This document shows positions 8,133 through 17,031 of a stretch of 64,000 nt of DNA, in pieces; the first letter of the stretch is position 1, and the number at the start of each line of letters is the position of its first letter. The stretch covers positions 897-64,896 of the forward strand of contig SUWT01000007.1 of the NCBI GenBank assembly GCA_015061335.1. The letters are read 5' to 3'. The stretch comes from Lentimicrobiaceae bacterium (GTDB lineage: Bacteria; Bacteroidota; Bacteroidia; Bacteroidales; F082). The position numbers were made by a program, and so were the translations under genes. A model generated the notes under the pieces. That model was not told where the DNA came from. It saw nothing but the letters and a program-made list of their open reading frames with translations, and did not search any database.

Positions 8133-10835
8133 ATGGGAAAGATCAAAACAGAAGAGCAAGATTTATTTTCTGCGATGGAATCTAAAGATATTAATATCGA
8201 GGATATGCAATTAACTCATGATGTTAACTTTCATTCTGGCATTAAGGATGAGGAGGTGACAGATTCTAAGGATGTCGTTGCTAATAGTGGTATGCCTAAG
8301 AAAGAGTATAAGGTTTATTCTGTAGAGGAAGTCAAGAAGGCTGCTTCGGAGTATTTTAAAGGAGATCAGTTGGCTGCTGATGTATGGATGAATAAATATG
8401 CTTTGAAGGATAGTGATGGAAATATTTTTGAGTTGACTCCAGATGATATGCATCATCGTATAGCGTCGGAGATTGCTCGTATAGAAGAGAAGTATCCTAA
8501 TCCTATGTCGGAAGGGGAGATTTTTGATGTTTTGAAGGATTTCAAATATATAGTGCCTCAAGGCAGTCCTATGGCGGGAATAGGAAATAATTTTCAGATA
8601 TCATCATTATCGAATTGCTTTGTAATAGGAACTAATGGCAGTTCTGACTCATATGGTGCTATTATGAAGATAGATCAGGAGCAGGTACAGCTTATGAAGC
8701 GTCGTGGAGGTGTTGGTCATGATCTTTCTCATATTCGTCCTGCAGGAAGTCCTGTGAAGAATTGTGCTCTTACATCAACGGGAGTAGTGCCTTTCATGGA
8801 GCGTTATTCTAATTCTACCAAGGAGGTCGCACAAGATGGTAGAAGGGGAGCTTTGATGATGAGTATTAGTATTAATCACCCTGATTCTGAATCGTTTATT
8901 GATTCAAAGATGGAGCAAGGTCGTATCACTAATGCTAATGTATCGGTACGTATCAGTGATGCTTTTATGCAATCGGTCAAGGAGAACAAGCCATTTGTTC
9001 AAAAATATCCTATTGATTCGGTAAATCCTCAATTTACGAAAGAGATAGATGCTAAGAAGTTGTGGGACAAGATTATACATAATGCATGGCAGTCGGCGGA
9101 ACCTGGTGTTCTTTTCTGGGATACAATAACACGTGAGTCTATTCCTGATTGTTATGCTGACTTGGGTTTCAAGACATTAAGTACTAATCCTTGTGGAGAG
9201 ATACCTTTGTGTGCATATGATAGTTGTCGTCTTTTGGCGATAAATCTTTATAGTTATGTTGAAAATCCATTTACACCAAAGGCACGTTTCAATGCAGAAT
9301 TATTCTCCAGACATGTTGCCATAGCTCAAAGAATGATGGACGACATTATTGATCTTGAGATAGAGAAGATTGATGCCATTTTAGCCAAAGTATATTCTGA
9401 TCCTGAAGATGATAATGTGAAGAAATGTGAGGTGGATTTATGGAATAATATCCGTAAGAAGGCACTTCAAGGTCGTCGTACAGGTATTGGTATCACAGCT
9501 GAAGGAGATATGTTAGCTGCTTTAGGTAAGCGTTATGCTTCTGATGAAGCTATCGAATTCTCCACATCTGTACAGAAACTCCTTGCTTTTGAGGCATATA
9601 GATCATCAGTGAGACTTGCTAAGGAGCGTGGAGCTTTTGAGATCTATGACGCTAAACGTGAAGAGAATAATCCTTTTATCAACCGTCTTCGCGAGATGGA
9701 TGAGAGTTTCTATCAAGATATGGTAAAATATGGACGTCGTAATATTGCGATGTTGACCATAGCTCCTACAGGAACGGTAAGTATCTGTACACAAACCACT
9801 TCTGGTATAGAGCCTGTGTTTATGGTTTCGTACAAACGTCGTCGTAAAGTCAATCCTAACGATAAAAATGCCAAGGTGTCTTTCACTGATAATGATGGTA
9901 ATTCATTTGAAGAATATAATGTATTTCATCCAAAATTTATCACATGGCTGGAAGTAAACGGTTATGATGTTGAAGAGGTTAAGAATTATAACGATGAGCA
10001 ACTTCAAGAGATAATTAATAAGTCGCCGTATTACAAGGCAACAGCAAATGATATTGATTGGGTCAGCAAGGTGAAGATGCAGGGTGAGATGCAGAAGTGG
10101 GTTGACCATTCAATCAGTGTTACGGTCAATATTCCTGCTGAGACGACAGAAGAATTGGTAAGTCAGATATATCTGACGGCATGGGAATGTGGATGTAAAG
10201 GTATGACTATCTATCGTGATGGTTCCCGTACAGGAGTTCTTGTTTCTAATAAATCTAAAGAAGATAAGAAAGTTTCTGATAATGATATTATTGAAACGCA
10301 TTCACCGGTTCGTCCTAAGACATTGGAATGTGATGTTGTTCGTTTCCAGAATAATTATGAGAAATGGATCGCATTTGTTGGTAAGATTAATAACAAGCCA
10401 TACGAGATATTCCTAGGTCAACAGGATGACTTTTATTTGCCTCCGTTTGTTGAAACTGCATGGATTATTAAGAATAAGGATGAAAATAATAAGACGAGAT
10501 ATGATTTGCAGTATGTTGATAGACAAGGATTTAAAGTCACGATGGAAGGTTTGTCTCGTTCGTTCAACAAAGAATTCTGGAATTATGCTAAGTTAATATC
10601 TGGAATTTTACGCCACGGAATGCCAATCAATAGTGTTGTCAATTTGATTCAAAACTTGAATGTTGATGAAGATAATATCAACACATGGAAGAATGGTATT
10701 GCACGAGCTTTGAAACGTTATATTCCTGATGGTACGAAAGTTGATAAGGAAGTTTGTCCTACATGTGGAGATCCACTAGTATATGAAGATGGTTGCAAGC
10801 ATTGCAAGAACTGTGGTTATTCAAAATGTGGATGA
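8133..10835 (+). CDS. nrdJ: adenosylcobalamin-dependent (class II) ribonucleotide reductase
   Basis: 900 aa. RNR barrel motifs (SLSNCFV, NPCGEIPL, TIAPTGT) and a C-terminal Cys-rich tail CPTCGDPLVYEDGCKHCKNCG. The first ~53 aa are acidic and low-complexity; ATG 8292 is an alternative start. Confidence 0.85.
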   Translation: MGKIKTEEQDLFSAMESKDINIEDMQLTHDVNFHSGIKDEEVTDSKDVVANSGMPKKEYKVYSVEEVKKAASEYFKGDQLAADVWMNKYALKDSDGNIFELTPDDMHHRIASEIARIEEKYPNPMSEGEIFDVLKDFKYIVPQGSPMAGIGNNFQISSLSNCFVIGTNGSSDSYGAIMKIDQEQVQLMKRRGGVGHDLSHIRPAGSPVKNCALTSTGVVPFMERYSNSTKEVAQDGRRGALMMSISINHPDSESFIDSKMEQGRITNANVSVRISDAFMQSVKENKPFVQKYPIDSVNPQFTKEIDAKKLWDKIIHNAWQSAEPGVLFWDTITRESIPDCYADLGFKTLSTNPCGEIPLCAYDSCRLLAINLYSYVENPFTPKARFNAELFSRHVAIAQRMMDDIIDLEIEKIDAILAKVYSDPEDDNVKKCEVDLWNNIRKKALQGRRTGIGITAEGDMLAALGKRYASDEAIEFSTSVQKLLAFEAYRSSVRLAKERGAFEIYDAKREENNPFINRLREMDESFYQDMVKYGRRNIAMLTIAPTGTVSICTQTTSGIEPVFMVSYKRRRKVNPNDKNAKVSFTDNDGNSFEEYNVFHPKFITWLEVNGYDVEEVKNYNDEQLQEIINKSPYYKATANDIDWVSKVKMQGEMQKWVDHSISVTVNIPAETTEELVSQIYLTAWECGCKGMTIYRDGSRTGVLVSNKSKEDKKVSDNDIIETHSPVRPKTLECDVVRFQNNYEKWIAFVGKINNKPYEIFLGQQDDFYLPPFVETAWIIKNKDENNKTRYDLQYVDRQGFKVTMEGLSRSFNKEFWNYAKLISGILRHGMPINSVVNLIQNLNVDEDNINTWKNGIARALKRYIPDGTKVDKEVCPTCGDPLVYEDGCKHCKNCGYSKCG

Positions 10836-10850
10836 TATTTGTTTTATTTG

Positions 10851-10894
10851 AGGATATTCGCAGGTTGAGCTAGGGTATCATCTGCGAATATCCT
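10851..10894. terminator. bidirectional hairpin between convergent genes
   Basis: Perfect 13-bp stem AGGATATTCGCAG (10851-10863) / CTGCGAATATCCT (10882-10894) with an 18-nt loop. It lies between the nrdJ stop and the stop of the minus-strand lipoprotein gene. Confidence 0.6.
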
Positions 10895-10899
10895 TGAAA

Positions 10900-11898
10900 T
10901 TACTTCGCAAACTGTAAGCTATACAAGATACTTTCTTGTTGTCTTAATAAATCTCTTTTATCTTTATTAGGGTAATAGACCCAGCCTTCTGCTGTAACGA
11001 TTTTATTTCTTTCTGGGTTGACTATGCTGTAAGATACGAAAGGACCAGCCATAAAGTCGCCAACTACGTTCCACAAGCCACGAGTTTCTACAGCGTAACC
11101 TGCTGGAAATTCAGGTAATGTCTTTGAAATTGGTTTCAGGAATTCTTTGTCTGTAGTCATATACGAACCATCGATGGGACCTGGGATATATTTTTTAACA
11201 ATAGAATCTCTCACTCTGATTATATTTTCCGGGTTCAAATCAGCAGTATCTTTATAAGGCAGCTCATAGATCAGGAACGCCATGCTCATATCTTGTGTCT
11301 CTTTACGGATCCACATGAAGTCGTTCTCGTCTATGCCGATGAAATATCCTTCGGGAACGTTCATAGTCACGCCGAATTGTTCCTTTAGCTGTGCGATAAT
11401 CTTGTGATCTCTCGTGGGACGGAAGAACTCATTGAAACGTTCTCTTTCATTTTCATCGAACATAAGTTTCAGCTTGTCTTTTTGTGAATCGAAAACCTTT
11501 GCCCATGACTCTTCTGATGGTGCTGTGATTCTTATTACAAATTGAGGTTCTGAAACCCAATTTTTCTGTGTTTCCACTAAAGGACTTTTTATATCTCTGT
11601 CGATTTTGGCGATGATGAGATTACGGTGTTTTTTGAACATATCGTTCAGAGCTTCTGTATTAATATGAGACACTCTGAAGTTTTTTTCAGGCTGAGGTAA
11701 ACCATATTGTTCCTGTTCAAAGAAATCACGTACAGTCTGTCCTAGCAAACCATTCCATTGATTATCGTTTTGTGTGACGAGGAGAATTTCTGATGTGCCG
11801 CCAACAGACCGGTCTTTTCTAGCATCTTTTATTTCTTCCTCGCATGATACTAAAGCGAAAAGTATCATTACCAATGTTAATATATTTCTACTTTTCAT
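10900..11898 (-). CDS. lipoprotein, unknown function (possibly DUF4837-like)
   Basis: 332 aa. Signal peptide plus lipobox MKSRNILTLVMILFALVSCEEE. The family assignment is from memory of Bacteroidota neighbourhoods only. Confidence 0.4.
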   Translation of the reverse strand: MKSRNILTLVMILFALVSCEEEIKDARKDRSVGGTSEILLVTQNDNQWNGLLGQTVRDFFEQEQYGLPQPEKNFRVSHINTEALNDMFKKHRNLIIAKIDRDIKSPLVETQKNWVSEPQFVIRITAPSEESWAKVFDSQKDKLKLMFDENERERFNEFFRPTRDHKIIAQLKEQFGVTMNVPEGYFIGIDENDFMWIRKETQDMSMAFLIYELPYKDTADLNPENIIRVRDSIVKKYIPGPIDGSYMTTDKEFLKPISKTLPEFPAGYAVETRGLWNVVGDFMAGPFVSYSIVNPERNKIVTAEGWVYYPNKDKRDLLRQQESILYSLQFAK

Positions 11899-11917
11899 AA
11901 AAAATTTAATTTGATTA

Positions 11918-13825
11918 TTATGCCTTTTTAATTTTTAACTTTTGTCCTACTTTAAGAATCGTATTCTTATTTAAACCATTGAGTTGCATGATTTGTTCTA
12001 CAGTGACACCATCAAACTTCTTTGCTATGGTCCATAAGCTATCGCCTGATTTTACGGTATAAATCACATAACCATTACTTGTTGTGGTATTTATATTTGC
12101 AGGTGGATATACCTTGAGTTTCTGTCCGATCTGTAGTGTGTTGGTTTTTAGATTATTCCATCTTTTTATTTCAGTGACGCTACATTTATATTTCTTGGCG
12201 ATAAGACTTAGGTTCTCGCCGGATTTTACAGTATGTATTTTCTGTTCTGTTGAGCGTTCTACAGGGCTACTATTTCCAGCTTGTGCCATAGGAGCTCCTG
12301 AACTATAGACAATGAGTTTTTGTCCTGGATAGATAGTGGTGCCTTTTAAATTATTCCATGCCTTTAACTGATTGACACTGATACGATATCTTTTAGCTAT
12401 GCTGCCAAGGTTCTCACCGCTCTTCACGATATGAACGCTTCTGTCGCTAACTTTTTTCATTTCTTCCTCTAGTTTCTCCTTGTCGATACCTCTTTTTGTC
12501 TTGAAGTTATAAAGTTCTTTTTCATGGACGATGAAGCTGTCGATATATTTTTCTGGGAGTCGTAATGACATAGGATTTTTTGCGTTAGCAGGGATGATAT
12601 TGGCTTTATATTGCGGGTTGAAGAACTTGATGTCTTCCATCGGGATGTTTAACATTTCGTTAAGTTGTTCAAAATGAAGAGGTTCGTGTACTGTGACGGT
12701 ATCTACACCATCTATTATTATTCCAGGATCAGTAGGATATAAGTTATGTTCTTGAGAATAGCTCATCACATAATTGACTGCGATGAAAGCCGGTACATAA
12801 CCTCTTGTTTCTTTCGGTAGGAACGGCCATATAGCCCAGTAGTTCTTCAAACCTCCTGCGCGATGAATAGCTTTGTTTACGTTGCCGGCACCTGAGTTAT
12901 ATGCTGCCAATGCCAAGAACCAGTCGTCATATTTATTATAAAGGTCGAGGAGATGCTGGCAGGCGGCTTCTGTGGCTTTCACCGGATCCATGCGGTCGTC
13001 AACCAATGATGTCACGTTTAACTTATAATTCTTTCCCGTTGCATACATAAACTGCCACAGACCTTTAGCTCCGGCATGAGAACCTGCGCGAGGATTTAAT
13101 GCAGACTCGACAACGGCGAGATACTTTATCTCTAACGGCATATCATATTTGTCTAAAGCCTGTTCGAACATAGGAAAATAAATGTCGGCGAGACCTAAGA
13201 TTCTGCTCGTATGATCGCGTTTCTTTACAGCATAAACATCAATAAAAGACTTGACATGCTTGTTGTAAACCAATTCTATTGTTGTCTGTCTTCTAAGTAT
13301 GTCGATACGTTCAGCGTAAACGCTGTCGGGGAAACTCGGTACATAATTTTCCGGATAATTATATATGTTCTCCGACTTGGAACTCGATTCCAATTTGTTT
13401 TGCTCGAAATAAGGAATGTCGGCTAAATCTTCTATCATTCCTAACATTACATCAGATTCTTCAACGATAGCCTCGCCGGAATTCTCCGAATCGATGCGTT
13501 CTTGCAAAGCTAAGGTAAGACTGTCAAGAGTGGTAGGGTCGGTGATGGAATCTGGAATCATTAAATCTATGTCGTTGGAAAAAATCAATGTGCTGTCGTG
13601 AAAAGCAATCTCATCTTCGTCAAATGTCTCTTCGTAAATATCTTCTTCATCGTAAAAAGAGATGGTGTCTGTACTTATATCATCGTCGGCGTGAGCTATA
13701 GTGTCTGTTCCTGCGTTAGCATCGATGTTCAGGAACGTTACTTTATCAAGCATAGAGCATGATGAAATTGATGTTAATAATATAAATAAGGAAATAATAG
13801 ATAGTTGATATATATGTCTTTTCAT
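11918..13825 (-). CDS. LysM-domain lytic murein transglycosylase (MltD-like)
   Basis: 635 aa. SLT catalytic motif [29 protein letters not shown] and three C-terminal LysM repeats (H/YxVKSGExLxxIAKxY...). Confidence 0.85.
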   Translation of the reverse strand: MKRHIYQLSIISLFILLTSISSCSMLDKVTFLNIDANAGTDTIAHADDDISTDTISFYDEEDIYEETFDEDEIAFHDSTLIFSNDIDLMIPDSITDPTTLDSLTLALQERIDSENSGEAIVEESDVMLGMIEDLADIPYFEQNKLESSSKSENIYNYPENYVPSFPDSVYAERIDILRRQTTIELVYNKHVKSFIDVYAVKKRDHTSRILGLADIYFPMFEQALDKYDMPLEIKYLAVVESALNPRAGSHAGAKGLWQFMYATGKNYKLNVTSLVDDRMDPVKATEAACQHLLDLYNKYDDWFLALAAYNSGAGNVNKAIHRAGGLKNYWAIWPFLPKETRGYVPAFIAVNYVMSYSQEHNLYPTDPGIIIDGVDTVTVHEPLHFEQLNEMLNIPMEDIKFFNPQYKANIIPANAKNPMSLRLPEKYIDSFIVHEKELYNFKTKRGIDKEKLEEEMKKVSDRSVHIVKSGENLGSIAKRYRISVNQLKAWNNLKGTTIYPGQKLIVYSSGAPMAQAGNSSPVERSTEQKIHTVKSGENLSLIAKKYKCSVTEIKRWNNLKTNTLQIGQKLKVYPPANINTTTSNGYVIYTVKSGDSLWTIAKKFDGVTVEQIMQLNGLNKNTILKVGQKLKIKKA

Positions 13826-13866
13826 CTATGAATAATGATTTTACGAAACAATGATATTAATGTCTG

Positions 13867-13874
13867 CAAAGATA
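13867..13874 (-). promoter_or_regulatory. -7 box TATCTTTG (minus strand)
   Basis: Exact TAnnTTTG match 41 nt upstream of the ATG at 13825. Confidence 0.45.
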
Positions 13875-13896
13875 ACGTAATAATGTGAAAAAATTA

Positions 13897-13904
13897 TATT
13901 TTTG
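13897..13904 (+). promoter_or_regulatory. -7 box TATTTTTG
   Basis: Exact TAnnTTTG match 21 nt upstream of the ATG at 13926. This argues against the TTG start at 13902. Confidence 0.45.
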
Positions 13905-13925
13905 CAGAACAAAATTATAAAAAAA

Positions 13926-15920
13926 ATGAAGAGAAATTTTACTATTACAGTATTGTTTTTATGTTTAGTGTTGGGTTTGGGACTCAATGCTTTCTCGCAA
14001 CAACAAGAACTTCCTGAATGGAGATTGAAGAAATATCTTTCAGAGGAGGAGATGAGAATGCCAGTCAGAAACATTAATTTCACAGAGACGGATCCTCCGA
14101 CGGCTGAGGTTCGTTTTCCGGGCGAATATGAGCCAATGCAGGCTGCAATGGTTGTATATCCTCTTGGTATCCCTGTGGAGCTTGTAAGAGAGATGGCGGA
14201 AGATTGTAAAGTCATTGTTGTTGCAAGATCATCAGACCAATCGTATGCTGAGAATGAGTTTCAATCAGCAAATGTTAATATGGACAACATAGAATTCCTG
14301 AATGCTAATACAGATTCATACTGGATTCGTGACTTTGGTCCTTGGTATATCTTTAATGGCAAAGAGCCTGCTATTGTTGATAACAGATACAATCGTCCTC
14401 GTCCTAATGACGATGAAATTCCTGGACATTTTGCGGAATACTGGGATATTGAGATGTTCGGGATGAATGTTGTTCATACAGGAGGTAACATGATGGAAGA
14501 TGGTCGCTGTCATGGGGTTTCCGATGATATTGTTATTACAGAGAGTGCGTCATACGGCATCACTGAGGATGAGGTTTATGAAAGGATGAAAGCTTATCTT
14601 GGCATTGATCCTTATCATGTGACAATCGACCCACAAGGTGATTATATTGCTCACGTTGACTGCTGGGGAAAATATCTCGCTCCTGATAAGATCTTGTTGG
14701 CACGTGTTCCGGAGTCAAATCCTCGTTACCCTTACTATGAGGAGGTAGCAGAATATTTCGCCACCACAAATTGTTGCTGGGGTTATCCATATAAGATATA
14801 TCGTGTTGATATACCAGGTGGAAGTGTTATCTCTCCTTATACTAATAGTTTGATTCTCAATAATAAAGTTCTTATGCCATTGGGGTCTAACTCGGCATAT
14901 AATGAAGCTGCTCTCAATATATATCGTGAGGCGATGCCTGGTTATGAAGTTATAGGCGTAGAAAATAATAGTTATTGGGATGGCTGGTTAAATACCGACG
15001 CTCTCCACTGCCGTGTTCGTGGTGTGATGGATTTCAATATGTTCTATGTAGATCATCGTGATGTTGTTTTCGGTGAACAGGAATGGCAAGATTCTGTCGC
15101 CATCACATCTAAGTTCATCGCTTATAGCGGCGCTGAACTGAAACAAGATTCTCTCCTCGTATATTATAGCATCGACGGTGGGGAATATCAGACAGCAAAG
15201 ATGACTTCAACAGGAAATCCGGACGAATATGTAGGTTATATCAAAGGTTATAACGGAGGATCGAAAATAGATTATTATGTGTTCGGTGCTGATGAGTCAA
15301 ACCGCAGATACCAACAACCGGTCTTTGGTGAACTCGACCCTCATACATTTACAATGGGAGAACACGTAGAAACATTGTTGACTTTAAATCCTGAAGAGAT
15401 TGTTTTCGATGAGACTTATGAACATAATGTTCCACAAATCCTGACAATAACAAATAATACAGCTGCCGATGTCGTCATAAACGATATTATGATAAAAGAT
15501 CAAGATAGTTATAATATAGAATTTGATTTTTCATTGCCATATACAATTGCCGTTGGTGAATCGGCAGAAGTTGATGTTTATGCTACGTATGTATTCAAAT
15601 GGATCGGTTTCGAAACAGAAATCGTCATCACTTCATCAGTAGGCGAACAGGTAGTTACTGTTATGTATGACGGCACAGTCGGTCTCGAAGAAAACAGTTT
15701 CGCATCGACTGAGATTTATCCGAATCCTATGAACGATGTCCTTTATATCGAGTCTGAAAATATTATAAGTGTAACAATCTTCAATGCTGTAGGACAACAA
15801 GTATTATTCGTCGAAAACAGAAATGAAATTGATGTGACCGAATTAAATGACGGACTTTATTTCGTAAGACTTGTTGACGACAAAGGTAATACATTAACAA
15901 AGAAAATCATTAAGCAATAA
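13926..15920 (+). CDS. secreted agmatine deiminase / Porphyromonas-type peptidylarginine deiminase family protein with T9SS C-terminal sorting domain
   Basis: Signal peptide MKRNFTITVLFLCLVLGLGLNAFSQ. Guanidino-modifying motifs PGEYEP, WIRDFGPW, HTGGNMMEDG, AHVDCW, TDALHCR (Cys nucleophile). Ig-like middle region. Type-A CTD IYPNPMNDVLYIE...GLYFVRLVDDKGNTLTKKIIKQ. Confidence 0.8.
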   Translation: MKRNFTITVLFLCLVLGLGLNAFSQQQELPEWRLKKYLSEEEMRMPVRNINFTETDPPTAEVRFPGEYEPMQAAMVVYPLGIPVELVREMAEDCKVIVVARSSDQSYAENEFQSANVNMDNIEFLNANTDSYWIRDFGPWYIFNGKEPAIVDNRYNRPRPNDDEIPGHFAEYWDIEMFGMNVVHTGGNMMEDGRCHGVSDDIVITESASYGITEDEVYERMKAYLGIDPYHVTIDPQGDYIAHVDCWGKYLAPDKILLARVPESNPRYPYYEEVAEYFATTNCCWGYPYKIYRVDIPGGSVISPYTNSLILNNKVLMPLGSNSAYNEAALNIYREAMPGYEVIGVENNSYWDGWLNTDALHCRVRGVMDFNMFYVDHRDVVFGEQEWQDSVAITSKFIAYSGAELKQDSLLVYYSIDGGEYQTAKMTSTGNPDEYVGYIKGYNGGSKIDYYVFGADESNRRYQQPVFGELDPHTFTMGEHVETLLTLNPEEIVFDETYEHNVPQILTITNNTAADVVINDIMIKDQDSYNIEFDFSLPYTIAVGESAEVDVYATYVFKWIGFETEIVITSSVGEQVVTVMYDGTVGLEENSFASTEIYPNPMNDVLYIESENIISVTIFNAVGQQVLFVENRNEIDVTELNDGLYFVRLVDDKGNTLTKKIIKQ

Positions 15921-15929
15921 TTATTATTT

Positions 15930-15957
15930 GGGACGTTTTTATACGTCCCTTTTTTTT
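15930..15957 (+). terminator. rho-independent terminator GGGACG-loop-CGTCCC + T8
   Basis: Perfect 6-bp GC-rich stem with an 8-nt loop, then TTTTTTTT. It starts 10 nt after the stop at 15920. Confidence 0.75.
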
Positions 15958-15963
15958 ACCATT

Positions 15964-17031
15964 ATGAGACGCTTCATACAATTATCATCCATTTTAATAA
16001 TCTTAATATTTTTAGGAGGGTGTACATCAAATGCACTATATGATGATGTGTCCGACATCTCGGAAAAGAATATCGGCATACTTCATTCTAATGTTGAGAA
16101 GGATGTTATGAACGTTCTCTTTCCTCATGCCTCGGTTATGGAATATGACAAAGTGATTTCACTATTTCTTGATATGGAATCTAATCGTTGTGATGTTGCG
16201 GTGATGACGCAAGAAATCGCCGATATGGTTGTAAAACGTAATCAGGATTATGTGTTGCTTGGTTCTGTTGCAACGCCAGATGGCGAGGATTTTTTTGTTG
16301 TCGTACCACGTGAAAATATTGCGGTTGGCGAGGATATTTCAATCAAAGAGATATCTTTTTTCGAGAAGATAAAAGGCAGCCTTAGTCGTAACTTATTTAA
16401 TGAAAAGGCGATGCATCTGATATGGGGCGGTTTCAAGACTACCGTCATCATATTCTTCTTCGGCGCCATTTTAGCTATAATATTAGGTGCGTTCTTGGCG
16501 TATCTATCTATAAGTCATAAATGTCTTTGGCTATATAAACCTCTCAGTTGGTTTGTGATGACGATTCACGACATTCCGTCTGTCGTGCTGATGATGTTTT
16601 TCTTCTATGTCGTTTTTGCCGGAGCGATGAACGGAATATTCGTCTCAATAATAGCTCTCGGCATATATGCCTCTGGAGCGTTATATAAAGTATTTAAGAT
16701 ACATATCACGCAAGTCGGGAAAGGACAACTTGAGGCTGGACGTATGTTAGGGCTCAGCTCCTATAAATGTTATCGTTACATCATACTGCCTCAGGCTGTC
16801 AAGACGATGTTGCCTTTGGTGGGAGGCGAACTTAAGCTTTTGTTGAGAGCAACTTCCTACGCAGGTTACATAGCTCAGAAAGATCTGGTAAAAGCCGTCG
16901 ATGCCATAAGAGGATTCACCTACGATGCTTTCGTGCCTTTGTTGTTAGTATCGCTACTATATCTCCTCTTGTCATGGCTTATAGTGAAATCATTAGATTA
17001 TATATCAAAAAAAGTATTTAACAATGATTGA
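15964..17031 (+). CDS. ABC permease (polar amino acid HisM/GlnP-type TMD) with N-terminal lipoprotein signal and partial SBP_bac_3-like domain
   Basis: Starts MRRFIQLSSILIILIFLGGCTSN. About 130 aa are periplasmic-binding-like (CDVAVMTQEIADMVVKRNQDYVLLG). The TMD has an EAA-type loop GQLEAGRMLGLSSYKCYRYIILPQA. The TTG start at 15928 lies inside the terminator. Confidence 0.7.
   Translation: MRRFIQLSSILIILIFLGGCTSNALYDDVSDISEKNIGILHSNVEKDVMNVLFPHASVMEYDKVISLFLDMESNRCDVAVMTQEIADMVVKRNQDYVLLGSVATPDGEDFFVVVPRENIAVGEDISIKEISFFEKIKGSLSRNLFNEKAMHLIWGGFKTTVIIFFFGAILAIILGAFLAYLSISHKCLWLYKPLSWFVMTIHDIPSVVLMMFFFYVVFAGAMNGIFVSIIALGIYASGALYKVFKIHITQVGKGQLEAGRMLGLSSYKCYRYIILPQAVKTMLPLVGGELKLLLRATSYAGYIAQKDLVKAVDAIRGFTYDAFVPLLLVSLLYLLLSWLIVKSLDYISKKVFNND

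Noticed and set aside
13841-14215. 124-aa minus-strand ORF across the divergent promoter region
   Set aside because: It overlaps both -7 boxes and the 5' end of the deiminase gene in antisense. It has no recognisable motif.
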